NCBI GenBank assembly: GCA_040954595.2
Contig: CM082578.2
Coordinates: 12,586,520-12,650,519 of the forward strand
DNA length: 64,000 nt
Direction of reading: 5' to 3'
Source: Balanoglossus misakiensis
Lineage: Eukaryota; Animalia; Hemichordata
Part shown: piece by piece, positions 1 through 14,100 of the stretch
How the letters are laid out: each line of letters begins with the position of its first letter
How positions within the stretch are numbered: the stretch's first letter is position 1
Made by a program: the position numbers and the translations under genes
The notes under the pieces: model-generated
What the model was told of the DNA's origin: nothing
The model's database searches: none
What the model saw: the letters and a program-made list of their open reading frames with translations, nothing else

Positions 1-1088
1 GTACTCCTTATTTCAAGATGCAAGTTTCCAAGTCAGAGACACATAATTTATATTCCACACACCTACACACTGTATACAATGTATATTGCCAAAGTTTGTA
101 CATTAATGGCCTCTCTGTCTGTTCCAATCATCCGATGTCGGATATGACTTTCATTAATTGTAATTTATTCCAGAGTGCCAGGCGATTAGTAAGCCATTAG
201 GGTGTACAGCTATGCAAACTGTGTGTGCTTCCAACCCTAAATAAAGTCTGCTGACTACAGTATAATATCTACATATATTTCTCCTCAGAGTACTGTAATG
301 AAATTTGCAAATTCAATATGGGCCGATTCATTTCTCCTACGTGGGTTTATTGTATTGACAACCAAATTCAGCCATCATTAGGAAATGATATTCCCTTGGT
401 GTTGCAATGAAGCAAAATGCATCTTCACAATATAAAGTAATTGAATCACAGCCAGGCGATTATGCAGGCGTAATAAGAAACAGTATCCATCATTGTGGAT
501 TCACAGAAATTTCACACTTTAGTCTAGAAAATTGGACAAGCTCGGCGCTTGTACACGGCCACGGATCTCAAAACTCAACACTATTGAGCAATTTGGAAGC
601 ACGCCGTGGAAATTCTGTAGGATGACCTGACACGTGACAAACAGTCTCCGTTTTACTGTGTGACATGAAAGTAAATTGTGCTTGGAATTTGCAGAAAGCG
701 CCGTGGGTATTAACAATGAGGATGAGGCTACATGTATCTGTGGCAATTATTTTTATCAAATTCAACCTGATTTTATATATTAAGACTAAAATTTGCAATA
801 TTATAAATACTAAAATACTGTTATGGGAAATTAACCAACAACACGTTTTATATGATTTATTCTAAAAGGCACCAGTGCATCTGATGTCACATTCATAACT
901 TACCAGTATACTAAAATGTGATTACATGTAGTAGTAGCTAGAGCACGCATGAATAAATACCAATACCCTCACAAGCAAATTTTTTGTCGCACTGTCAGTT
1001 AAGTTGACATGTAGTTGGTGTCATCACCAGTAAGCTTGCTTGCTTGCTTAGCACCAGGAAGTAGCTATCAGTATCAACATCAACTCAC

Positions 1089-4000
1089 CCTTGCAGTAGT
1101 CGCTGGAATCTTCTTGCTCCTCATCGTCAGATCCCAGGATCTCTTCGTCTTCCTCCTCGTGCTTGTAGCGATCCTCGGCATAATGGTGGTGCGGCTGCGG
1201 CGGCTCTGGTGTGACTGCAGCGCTGGCTTCGTCGAAGCTGTTGCTGCACAAGCAAACACAGTGACCCATGTTGTTAGAACCCAGGGAGAGGAGGAGGGGG
1301 AGGAACGATGATGCACTTCGCAGTACTGTACCTCACTGGTCGGTAATTAGCAGGGTACCATTTGGGGTGTTTTACAGACACAAACTAAACACACTGCAGA
1401 AATTGCCCAACTGTCCGCATGTAATATTCATTAAGATCGTCTTGACCCAATTCAGGACATACAAGACATTGAATATGCAAGAGCGGACATCTTCTGTAGG
1501 ATGGGAATTCTCTCCCGCATCCACGGCCTTCATTCTAGAGAGTTCGATGTATATGACAAAACTATGCTGATATTAATGTACCAAGCATAAATTATAAATA
1601 AAACACTGTAACCACAATCCCAACTCATCATTCATTGACATCTGTGACAAAACATTTTTTTTCCTATTTTGCTAAAGATTTTATGAATCATCACAAAATC
1701 CAGGTATTAAAACCAGGTATTACAACAGCTTCAATGAGCAATGAAAATCATTCTGAAGAGGTGACTACTAAAATATGACCCAAACAGAATCATAAAAGCT
1801 GGTTTCACAGAACATGACATATGTTATAGAACGATGTACGATCTGATTTATGAAGTGTATTTTATCGATATTTGTTTTCAGAACTATGAACTACTGAATG
1901 CATCCCATGGGGCCAATAATTATCACGTTAAATCACTCTTGCCAGAAATGATGCGCTAGGAATTTTACACGTTCTCTTTCATGTAATTACTCTCGAAGTT
2001 CTTGAAATTAAAAGAGGAAGAAAATCCATAGTGAGCAGCCACCCACTTGTCATTGCTATCACTGAGAGTAAGCTGTAATGCGGATGGGTTAAGTCATCAT
2101 GTATGCTCACTGTCACAGCGCAAATGCAGATGTCTGACTTTTGACTTTTTGGAGAAGAAGCAGGAGACGACGACAACAAGCTCTTTAGACACAGAACAGC
2201 ACTCGAGCGCACCGCAACGGCAAATTGACACAATTTGAGTGGACCGCTACGCTGCAACATACAGGCACGGCCCCTGAGACAATCAGGTGACCTTTTGCTG
2301 ACGTTAATCTCAATATACGCTTCGTAGTCAAGGTGGAAAATTCCTTCAGTGAGGGACTAGGCAAAATCTAAGCTGGATCGCTCAAACGATATATTTATAA
2401 AATTCCTTTCTTCTTCTGGATACCGAAATGAACTGATGAGATTTTGTTGGATTTGAAAAAGATACCTCTAATGTTAATATTTTGAGATGCCTTGGTTGCG
2501 CTTCGGAAATAATAACGTTTTAATAAATTGGGGTAGGCACAATTACCTGCGAGTATTAATGGCACAATGTACATAGCAACAAATGTACATGGAAAGGGGG
2601 GGGGGCAGTAATAGTTTCTGTACAGACAGGACTCAACAAATATTTGGAATAATGAATTGATTAAAAATGATGTGATTAATGTTTCTCATGTTCAGATGTA
2701 ATTTATAACAGAGTTTAAATCATACATGTATGAACTGGGTCTGCCGCAGAGGTGCTATTTCAGCTGACAGACTGATACATTTCTTTCTTTAAATCACAAA
2801 AGGCTGTCTGTCTGGCTGTAGGTTTGATGTTAGCCAGTTCATGTAGTTACATGCCCCACATGAGCAAACACCCATCTGATGGTCAACATAAAAAATATTC
2901 ACTCAAATCTGACGCTGCCCCCCATGTGTGTGCTACTTGACAAACCTGCGCCTGTTGTCGGGTTCTTCACCGCCGTCCAGATGACCGAGTACAGCCGGCA
3001 TGGGGGACTCACTCACTGTTTATCCTCGCTCGAAAAACTCCCAGTCAGCGCCGTACACAAACACAAACAGCAGAAGACAAAGCCGGGTAATCGGGTTGGC
3101 CGAGCACAATAGGCTATTCAAATGAGAGCCCCTGAATCGCAAGCCACAATGCCCGCCAATACTAACAACTTGAGCGCATTGTGCTGCGCTTACAAATACC
3201 CCCACCACGGGGTCACCTGACTACAATATCCAGGTGACACAGGCCAATCAATGACAGCCTCTCTTTTCACCCACACAATAAGAAACACAGATTTACGGAA
3301 TTGCCGTGAAATAAAAGAAAATAAGCTAAGAAAAAGATCAATAAACCTAATGAGAAAGGAACATTTCTTCAAACCTTCAGGGAGGATTAGGAACGTTTTG
3401 GACATAAAATAGTTACAATACATGCACATGACACAAGCAACAATACCGTAATCTCACTATCATGGTCATAAAACAAATAACTCAAGGTTTTGTTTTTTAA
3501 TCCAAGCTATTTATACAGCTTACAGTCACTCACAATGTCAGTAGTCAAAAACCACTTTGTAAACACTGACAATATCAAAATCTGACGTATTTTTTCGCTA
3601 TGCAGACAACGCAATGATGTCATCGTGTCGATATTGAACAATAGTGCTATTCATTCACCTACTGATGTGCGACACATTGATTTAATATGATGCACCATCA
3701 AGATTGAGATATCATAAACTTAAGGTGGCAGGGCTTAAATCAAAATTAAAAATATTCTCATTTTCTTGATTTTCACTTATATGTTGTATATCAATGAATA
3801 TAAGCTGAATAGAAAACAGGGTGCAAGAACGAAATTGCCTCAAATTTGAAATCAACTCTTTGGAGAATAATTAGTGATGTTTTATGTAAACAAGATTGTG
3901 AACGTGCATTTTTCTCCTCATTTTCAAAATACTTCTCACACGCTTTCTTATACCAAAGAATTGAAAGATTTCAGGGGCTACCATTTTTCTGACACTCCTG

Positions 4001-7000
4001 TCCCCTGTTACAGTGGGAAGGAAGTCTCAGGATTTTTATGGCTTCAACATTGTTATGATACCCATGCCACAGCTAATGAGCCTGTCATCCATTCCAAGTC
4101 AGTCTTCAGTTGTGCTATTTTTGGCCATACTGATGAGGCCTCGCAGATTTGCAATATTTGATTTGGCAATTTAACGCACATGTGAAGGGATGGACCCCAA
4201 TAATATTTAATCAATAATATTTGAATGTATATATGCACACACACACACATCTTCATTACATATTACGAACAGACCTTCTGGAATCACTCAGCCCACCTGA
4301 ATCATATTCATTTTTTTTTTTTTTTCACTATTACAATTTGAACAAGACTCGGATCAAGTTTCACAAATGCTACAGCATGGAACATTCTGGAGATAAAAAC
4401 ACGTGCACATGTGAGACAAGCGAGGAACTGATTTTGACGGAATTGAAAATGTGAAATGGAACACACATTGCCGCACACTCAAGGGACTCCATAGCTAATA
4501 TTTTTTCACTGAAAAATCAACTCTTAGCAGTCGACAGCAGAACAAACCAACAGTAAATCATGGCATGTACAGTGATGTCTAAGCTCACAATACTAGCTGC
4601 GTGATGGAAATTGCTGGACTACAGATACTTGAGATTAAAATCGCAGTCGCGCGATTGAGTGAATATATTTTCCACCGAACTGCCTATTTTGTAATTAGAA
4701 GAGCGAAATACGCTCTTTTTTCAAGCGACATTAACGCTGAAAGATATTTCAGGTGATCGAACAAAGAAGAAAGAACGGACAAAAGCTATATTTTGACCCA
4801 TGGTGAACTAATCAATCAACTGACTGGTATTTCATTCAATGGATTCAGTGACTAATGTCGGCCTCAAAGGGATCGTCTTTTGAATTCTTCAAAAGCACGT
4901 GAAATTCACTTGATCTGTATGCGATGACAGGTCCACAGTGCTCCTTTCTCGAGTCGAGCGCAGAATTTCAACGAGTTCTTATCAAGGCAAACCGAAGAGC
5001 ATACCACAGTAACTGTGTATAACACATACATGTAGCATATTTACTGTGCATTTTTATTCCTGGTGCCCTCATCCGGCAAAATACGCCTACAGCACTGTCT
5101 ATGTTTCTATATGGCATCGTGTAAATCATAACAGGCTGGTATGATTATTTTTAAATTCTATGTCAATAGAAAGGATTGTTTCTGTGACAAGAAAATTAAA
5201 AATTTTTGCAGGTATTTCATTTATACAGCAGGAGACAAATGACTACCGGTATGCTTGTCTCACTCTGACAGATTAGCCGGTTCAATCATCGCACTGTGGC
5301 CGTCAAAACTGAGGCAAGACAGATCCGACGTGACCCTATCCCCTCCTGGTTGTAAAACATGCCTACACACAACAAGACTCCATCAACCTACCTACCTATT
5401 ACCCTTCCCATCCCTGCCATCCGGATGACACCGGTGCATCGACATCACGCCGGACTAGACGTTAACAGACATGCCGGGGTCGTTTAATCCGAAAGGAGCG
5501 ATGGATGTTCGACCATCCCCCTCCCATCAGCTGACTGCAAATGCCTTTTAAAACGCATGCAAATTGAATGGTAACGCAATCAATAATGAGAATAAATCAG
5601 GACTTTGGTTAGCCGCATAAAGCCAGTGTTATTATTTAGATCATCCGCCGTACGCACCACTGACTGACGAGGGTGATGTCTATTTTTACTTGATTGATTG
5701 CCCGACCCACTGTTTACCACTAGTGACATCCAAAATTGGGGGGGGGGGGGGGAGAGGTTGATACCTGTAATTCAGATCCTGGAGACGGCAGGCGAACAGC
5801 TGAGAGTTCATACAAGGCTACCTGTACCTAATCTACATCCTTCATACATGTGTCACAATACAATATGGGCCGTGATTTGCTCGGCTCATAAATATTCATA
5901 TCAATTTATATGAACTGTTTAAAAATTAAAACTAAGAAAACCTTCGGCCAGGATAAATCTTAACTCAGCGAAGGCAGATTGATACTCAAATTACAGCATA
6001 AATGATGTAGCCCGCCAGCCCACTCTATGAAAACCAACCTAAATTATTCAAATTCAAAAGACATTATGCCAGACATGCACACCAATACATTAACTTCATA
6101 AACATGGTCATGTGTTCTCAGATGAACTAATTATGTCAGACACTAGTAAACACTACAGGAACGCAACTCATTTCAATACCCGAATATCATCATCACCGCT
6201 TAATATAATTATTATTAAAAAATTCCACAAACAGTTCAGTAAGTCACTCTGCAAGGTTAAAACGCATCATAGGCGATATACTTTAATTAATTTACAAATG
6301 TTTGGGGAAAGTAATAGATTAGCCAGCCACGTTTTCAATAATGCATTGAAGTATTGTCACCATTCCAAGAGGCATTAACACTGGGGCCACAGCAAAGCCT
6401 CGCTAATGGAGCTTACCTAAGTCCTTGTTTTCTGTTGCATGCGGCATTCTTTGGATTAAAACTATTGATTGCTTCGGCATTTGCACGAAAAACATAAGTT
6501 ATTAGTACACGGACAGACCATTCATTTCTGCTGTTATGACTCCTTGAGATATCGATGTTTCTTAGAAGTTGGCAAAACGTGTTTTAAGAATGAATCAATA
6601 TCTGAAATCTGCCTCGAGATGTGAAAACACTCCAAGACACAATGTCTCCAGAATAATTTTTTGACGCATCGCTGGCACAAAATTTCTGATTGCCAAAGGG
6701 GAAACCACATAGTCACGCCCACGAAGACACTTTTCTTGTAAACAACTTTCAAATGAGAAACATTTTTCCTTGAATTGAGATTTGGATGTGGAAGTCTGAC
6801 GTACAGTACTGCATGGATGACCACCTCTGCAATGTGAAGTGTCTCGCTCGTATCTGAGCCATTAAAAGAGTTAATACTTCAGTCTTCGCAAATTTCGCGA
6901 ACACGCAGGCAATTATGAAATTGCGTGCAGCTCTTGACGACAAAATCCCTATGACATCTCACCTTTCGAAGACTTCTTGAAGACACGTACCGTCCATAAT

Positions 7001-10000
7001 CCTGCCTTTCCCAGTGAATTAGCTGATCAATATGCTCGGTGTCCTGCATTTAGACAGCACTTACACAATCCGGAAAATGAGACCATCATTTGACTGGGAT
7101 ATCAAATATGCAATCACAGATGTGAACAGAAAATGCAAAGACGAATGACTTAGTCTTGCAAAAAACACACACAAAAGCATCAGGATTTTAAAAAAAGACA
7201 GCCAGGAATTGAATGTAAAAAACAATTACTGTCTGCTGTGTTTACTGCCTGTGTGTCTACCTGTCAGAGACACACTGTCTCCATCTACATGTACTGGGTA
7301 CGGATGATAACCGACCTTGCCACTGGCAGCTATTATTTTTCTCTGCTTATTTTTCTAAGCACTGGTGAATAATTAAGCAATACAAGGAATCTTGGGACAC
7401 CATTGGAAATGGTTATATGCCTCGCTTCATCTCTCATGAGTAGCAATCACCGTCACCACAATCTGCGTGCCCTGTGGCAGATGTACGCACACCCATGCAG
7501 ACAACATTCCAAGAAGCCTGTGCTTTAATGACATGGCGCCCTCTAGTGTTCAAAGCTCACACCACTGGATGACCTCCAAGATTAACGACATACCTAGCCG
7601 ACACTGAATATTTCTTATTACTGCATTAAAAGAACAGATGTACTCAAGGAGCGAGTATGCAACAATGTAAAGATCAAACCAGGTCACATGATATGCCCAT
7701 TTTACTGAAATGTCCTCCGCCCTGCATGAGTTCAACAACTGCTAATAATCCACTTATAGTACTGAACACACAGAAATATAAGTATAGATTTCAGGAAATG
7801 CGTAAAAAACTTTCAATATCATGTTACTACGATCCAGTTTCTTCACCTATGCAAACAGTTACACTGTGCATTCCTGCAGATACGCTATAATATGAGAAAG
7901 GGTAATTTGGTTGTTGTTTTTTAAAAAGAACAGGAGAACGGTCAAGTTCTGTTCATTCACACATATTTAAATCTTTTTGCCATAAAATTAGTTCCTTGAA
8001 TTTTATGTTTGTAATGTATTATGCTTTAATACTATATAAATCTTAAGGGGTAATACATAAAATAGCTAAGGAATTCATTTTCAGCCATGTTGCCCACTAT
8101 TAATACAGTTAACATTGGGAACCTGTCATTGCAGATGGAATAATCAAGTATTTCATATCTACAGCTGTCAGTGCCTCTGAATGTCAGATGACATAACACA
8201 GGCCCTAGAGCCATATTAACACCTTAGGTGTCAGCCTTCCATCGTCAAGCCTAATGCATTTGGCCTTCTTGCCTGGCATTTGGTGATTGATTTTATGCTC
8301 TTATTTACAAATACAAAGTAGAGTTCAGAAGATGAAGCTTAGAGACAACAGGAGTGTTTTGTCCAGTACTGGCAGTTCAAACGCAGAGCAACTGTTGATT
8401 TACTGAAACAAAGTTGAAACCCACTTCACAGAGACCCGGATCACATCTGTGCAGCTGTATCATCTAACCTGTCACTGCCAATCAATGTATTCAGCCTTCC
8501 GTTGAAGTGTACGGCAAAAAAAATCCACCAAAAAATCTACAGCATCATTTTTTCATTTTTATAACTTTACAAATCCCTTACGATCAAAATATACCAGTTC
8601 TGTGCGAACAGATTTCAGATGAACAATGGAATTCAGGGGGGGGGGGCATTCATTCTCAGTCCTTGCAGGAGAGTGTTTGGGAGAAGTGTTCCCATGACTC
8701 CCTTCATATTGGCACCACGACATACAGGAGAGTTTGATATTCAAAAACCAGTCTGCACTTCCTGAATTTGACAAAGAGATAGGGCCACATACACTCCAGA
8801 TCAGTCTGAGAAGATCTTTATAAAGTACATATTAAAACGCATATGGTTGAAATATGATAACTCTACATACTTAGTACTTAGAAAGTACATTTGACATCTA
8901 CTCTTGCCATTGTTTTGAAGGCAACGGAAGAGCAACACCATAGTAATTCTTTCCTGAGTCGACTGATCAGCAATTCATATGAGTCGTGCAACTCATGCCA
9001 TAATAATCTGTGAGCTACTCACAAGTTATGCAAAACCAGAGGAAACAGAACCTAAATAACAGGACTTCCTAGTGGTGTTTATAAATCTGCTCCACAGAAA
9101 GAATAAACAGAGTTTACGCCATGTTACTCAAACACTGGTACAGCTATGCACCAGACAAAACAATTGTTTTGGGGAGATAGAAAAACAGCAAAGTTCATTT
9201 TTAACTCAGAACAGCATAATCACACCGGTCAGTACGAACCTGTGGCAGAATGCCAACACCATACAAATGTATGACTTTATATAATCTTCATGTCTGGTCT
9301 TGATTATTCTGTTCGCGATACCACACGTGTTCCACTGTTCTAAAAAGATCTGTCTGGTATGTAAAACAAAAAATAAACGACAAGCTTTTGCAAAAGACAA
9401 CCTTGCTGCAAGCGTATCCAATACAATTATGAAACATCGTTGAATAAAGGGTTTATTTTAGTAATTTGTAATAGCGACTCTATTCATGGCTGATACAAAC
9501 ATCTATAACATTGTGATATACGGTACCTTATATCAGTACTACAGAGTCACTTTCATTTGGCCAGCAGGGAGAATAACATGATTTGCTTGTACAAGTAAAT
9601 TTGAAATAGATGGCATCTATCAATGTAAGAAAATAACAAATATCACCATTTATTTCCTATGCTACACTGCTAGTATGAATATCAATTATTATTGACCGTC
9701 ATTCCAAATATGCTGGGTTACATAATAGTCAAGACTATGTACACAGCGGGATCACTGATACAGTAATAGATACAAATGTAGCTTTTAACCAGCATTTATT
9801 TCAAACTGCTTCCATGTGAGTTCCTATAGCATACTCCATTTCCACACCAACTCATATATACCGAAGATCATAATTCAAAGTCATCCAAGAAAAAAAGAAA
9901 TTAACAATCACACACAACTGCAGATCTGGGCAGAACTATTGAAAATTGGGTTATCTAACCAAGATTAGAAGTACATCTGTTCTGCATAATAGTTAGAGAT

Positions 10001-12468
10001 TATAAATTTCAATTGCATTGGCCACTGCATATATGTATTCACAAATTAAACATGTTTTGATGACTCAGAACTTTGGCATATGCCTATACCACCATATGTG
10101 ACGTTTAATTTGTTATCAACCAGTTACCAGCTAAAAAAGGGGACTACCAGTAGTCCCTCATTTTCAACCATTTCTTTCTAGAATAGATATCAAATTTTAT
10201 CACATCTAATACACTGATTAAACAAAATCAATTTCATACTTAGTGTCAAGACTATTTTTGAATGTGTTGAAGAACCCAAAGTGATAACATCATGAATGTT
10301 ACTGGGTAAAATCATCTTGTTGAAAAAGGATTGAAGTCTTTGCATGTGTTAAGCATATGTTTTACTTGATTGGGCATACACTATTTGGATAATCAGAGTA
10401 CAATCTACCCGGGTAGCAGGCTGACTGAATGATCTGTACTCTTTCACCCTATTTTTCCTATGAAGAGGTCCAGCCACACTGTTTTAACAATGGGGTGGGT
10501 TAGACCATGATTTGGCAGAGAAAGGGAGAGTGATATGTGACTCTGTTCCTTGGATATCTCCTAGGAGGGCTGTAAACTACAGAGACACATTCTTGTGTGC
10601 ATGCTAAGAGACACAGCCATTTGCTTGCAGAAGAAAACAACGTACAGTAAATCCTGACACAGTTCGGCACAGTCCAGGTGACCTTAATAGTTCAGAGGTG
10701 TCCCAAATACAAAGGTGAAATTCTGTTCAATATAGCAGACAAGCCTACCAGTCACTTAGCAATTTGTATGCGATTTTATGTCTCAATAAAGATTCTTCCC
10801 TCATTCAGCTCTTCCCTATCTTTCCCAATGTTAGGAGCCTATGTGATCACACGGGTTACTCGATCACATCAATCTGAATGTGTTAAATCAACTCGCCTAA
10901 TGGCAAAATATGCATTTATTTTATTACAAAATAACTGTCTAATCAGTATACTGAATTTGGCAAAACTGAGGCCCTTTACTCGACAATTCTCAATGCTTAA
11001 TGGAATTAACAGGTTTCACAACACTGAACTTTGCAACAAGCATTTCAGCAAAGAGTTTATCATTCCTATTGCCCTACTTACATGCAGCATACTCCTGTCA
11101 CTAAGATAAAGATAAGGACAAGAAAGCTAAACCATGCAAAACAGAAAACATGAACTTGCAACCTGCCAGATACACATACATTTGATATATAAGCACTTAC
11201 CATTATTTTGCAGTGAGTGAGCTAAATGTGACAATGGCCTTACTTTTTTTCTGTCTACACAGTGATCTTGGGTTTAAAATAACTAGCAGACTGTAACCTC
11301 TAATCAAATTATCAATATTTCAAATACAATGTTATTTATGTCTCACAGACTGTAACCCTAAAACAATATGTCAAACACAATGTTATTTACAAATGTATGT
11401 TTCCTGATGATTATCTCACCTGTTCACCAAAACAGAGACTCTACACTTTACAATTTGGTCATTTCACAAATCATTAATTGTATGGAAAATCCACCAAGCA
11501 ACATTACTATTAGTATTAATACTATTGTTATTATCATTATGACATTATATTGTTATTATTATTATTATTATTTAATTAATATCAAGAATGTTATCATCAT
11601 TATTGTGCCTACTGTTGTCGAGGAAACAAACCAAGTTGACCTCTGGGAGTTCAAATGATGGCTCTATTAGTTTATGTGAGATTTCACCTCATATATTGTT
11701 TACGTCAATAACGTGTAACAGTTTACAATAGCTAAAATAAAGCGCAATATATGAACAAAACACACGAACTCAGTCTCAAGCCAGATGCCGCTTTTGCTAT
11801 ACGAGTAAATGACAATGTCGTATTGGCAACTGAGGTTGATGAAACAATGAAGACCGTTTCTGGAACGATGCCATGCTGTACGGGTACAGTCTGTAATATT
11901 GTCAATACAATGTATACGTAAAAGTAGTCTCGGATACCTATTATCATTTCCATTCACACTACTCTGTAGTGTTAGATTTGAGGCCTTCAAAATATCCGGA
12001 AAACAGTACGTACATAGTCACACGAACGGGACCGGCTGTCAGGAATCCTACACAACGTTACTATTATTACATTGTGATTCATCCTGCATCAACATGAACA
12101 CACAGGCAGCTCATCGCTACGCCTCGATTCGGTGACGGATCTGAAAACCGGGGCTGACCTAAGTACAAAGGTAGCTAGGAATGAAAACCTTAATTAATAT
12201 TTTTAACAGAGTCTAAATATTTTTTACACAATTCTCGTAGTTTCTCAATGAAAACGTTCCCCTCACCTTGCCCTCTTGATGGTATTTCTCTCATCTGGCT
12301 TTAGACGATTCTTGGGAGGTTTGCCCCGTTTTTTCCGCGCCTGGATGGCAAGAACTGAAATCGAGACACCGGAAACAATGCATGAGTAAGTAAAGATCAT
12401 ATTATTGTTATAATACCTTAAAAACTTATAACAATTTGCATACCTTTTCTCTGTCCTTTGGAGCTCAT
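1089..12468 (-). CDS. SRPK2: SR protein kinase (SRPK1/2/3 family), 5' part only; the kinase domain lies beyond the left edge of the window
   Basis: Exons 12468-12444 (MSSKGQRK), 12354-12267 (VLAIQARKKRGKPPKNRLKPDERNTIKRA) and 1243-1089 (SNSFDEASAAVTPEPPQPHHHYAEDRYKHEEEDEEILGSDDEEQEDSSDYCKG) have GT-AG boundaries and compatible phases. VLAIQARK and EEILGSDDEEQED..DYCKG are SRPK hallmarks. The paralog assignment is nominal. Confidence 0.93.
2946..3001 (-). CDS. Candidate alternative first coding exon of SRPK (MPAVLGHLDGGEEPDNRR)
   Basis: ATG at 3001, 18 codons plus AG, then donor GTTTGT (a donor also used twice in COPG in this window). Phase 2 matches the SRPK exon starting at 1243. GC-rich patch with a CCAAT at about 3244. 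Confidence 0.45.
5396..5445 (-). CDS. Candidate alternative first coding exon of SRPK (MSMHRCHPDGRDGKGN)
   Basis: ATG at 5445, 16 codons plus AG, then donor GTAGGT. Phase 2 matches the SRPK exon starting at 1243. Lies in a GC-rich patch within an AT-rich intron. Confidence 0.45.
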
Positions 12469-12794
12469 CGTAAACTTTTTGGCCACCACTTTTCTGATAT
12501 TAACCTCTACCACGCGTGCGCAAATTGGCGGCGCGGTGCATTGTGGTACCAAGGAAAGCTGTCAGACCAACGAACACGACTGGCATGCTGAGACGTATCC
12601 TCAAGCGTCTGTTGACCACGACAAATGTTGTGTTGTGTAAAATTGCTGACAAGTTAATAAGATGTATGTATCTTTGACGTCAGCAAATAAAAAGTAATCA
12701 TCAATCTGTGTTCCTCTTTTTACAAATGCATTCAAATTTACATGATACCAGATACCTTCATCTTCAATGGACCATGCATTATCTCTACACATCC

Positions 12795-12907
<113 letters not shown>

Positions 12908-13501
12908 GGCCCATTCATCCAATGTCAGGCCAAATTTCATTACATGTTCTGGCATCCCAAACATCAAAATCTCATCTGATGTTTTAATATTGCAAACATA
13001 AATTTAAAGAAATAAAAGATAATGAACTCATTGCTGTATAGTTGCTTCAAATATCTGTGCTTAGCCTTGGGGTGGGGTGGGGGGTGTCAGCAGATCAAGC
13101 TCTCGGGGGAGTCCTTTAACGTTATTAACAATCCAAAGCTTTAATACATGTATTTTCAACAATTACACATACACATGTTGTGTGGTTTCACAAGGAAGTG
13201 ACAAGTTGTAAGTTTTTGAGATGACACACTTTAACAAAGTTCAAAATATAAAAGAAACGCATATCAGATTAATGTACCCGGGAAAATAAATGTGAAAGTC
13301 ACTCAATCAAATCCGTTGACATTTTGCACACTTGACATCTAGTAAATAAAAAAGATGGAACCAACGGCCCATATGAAAACTCAGATATTCCTATTGTATA
13401 ATTTTGTCTGAAGTACATGATGAGTTTTTGTGGCCAATGCTATTCCATGAGAATAACAAATTTACATAAAGTTGTATCGGTTTACAAAAGAGAGCTGAAT
13501 T

Positions 13502-13952
13502 ATAAAGCATAAACTTTTAAAATACTTGAAAAATGCAAAATGATTTATTATATTATACCAGTATATTGATGGTGTAAATCACGCTATTTGATTGGTCGAG
13601 ACACGACACGTGACCGTGATATATTAGCCATATACCACAGTCATATATCATAGTCAAAGAAAATGCCTTTTTAAAATGTTTTATGCAAAGTTTCAATATA
13701 CTGGCATAATATAATAGCAATAAAACACCCCCAGCCATGGTATACCACTCGATTTTGACCAGTTCAACTCCATATACGCACTCGCTACCGCTCGTGCGTA
13801 TATGTCGTGAACTGGTCAAAATCTCGTGGTATACCATGGCTGGGGGTGTTTTATTGCTTAAATAAAGCATAAACTTTTAAAATACTTGAAAAATGCAAAA
13901 CGATTTAATAAAGCATATACTTTTAAAATACTTGAAAAATACAAAATGATTT
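13502..13952. repeat. Three copies of a 46-bp AT-rich unit (13502-13547, 13862-13907, 13908-13952), interrupted by an insertion
   Basis: Unit ATAAAGCATAAACTTTTAAAATACTTGAAAAATGCAAAAYGATTTA read directly; copies differ by only a few substitutions. Confidence 0.9.
13548..13861. mobile_element. Non-autonomous element ending in a 143-bp palindrome (13716-13858); possibly Crypton-like
   Basis: Arms AGCAATAAAACACCCCCAGCCATGGTATACCAC and GTGGTATACCATGGCTGGGGGTGTTTTATTGCT are perfect for 33 bp, followed by further paired segments. No coding capacity. The family assignment is from resemblance only. Confidence 0.7.
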
Positions 13953-13979
13953 TCTTCGACAAGGAGAGAAAAAAACTGG

Positions 13980-14100
13980 TGTCAGAAGTGGGATTCGAAC
14001 CCACGCCTCCATTCGGAGACCAGAACGCCCGTTCACCACTCATGCGAGTGTAAGGTGTAAACCTTGAGTCTGGCGCCTTAGACCGCTCGGCCATTCTGAC
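13980..14100 (-). tRNA. trnL-CAA: tRNA-Leu(CAA) with a 37-nt intron (14062-14026)
   Basis: GTCAGAATGGCCGAGCGGTCTAAGGCGCCAGACTCAAG-[intron]-TTCTGGTCTCCGAATGGAGGCGTGGGTTCGAATCCCACTTCTGACA. Perfect acceptor stem, A and B boxes, long variable arm, intron one base 3' of the anticodon, and an oligo-T pol III terminator downstream. Confidence 0.97.

Noticed and set aside
6418-6943. Strong minus-strand donor at about 6417 and nearby ORFs as a further SRPK exon
   Set aside because: The ATG-initiated frame ends in phase 1, which is incompatible, and the phase-2 frame lacks an ATG after the last stop.
10678-11109. 143-aa plus-strand ORF in the SRPK intron
   Set aside because: Non-ATG start, no motifs, composition typical of non-coding DNA.
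13502-13952. Direct repeats with an intervening sequence as a CRISPR-like array
   Set aside because: Eukaryotic context, only three AT-rich units, two of them directly adjacent with no spacer, and no cas genes.
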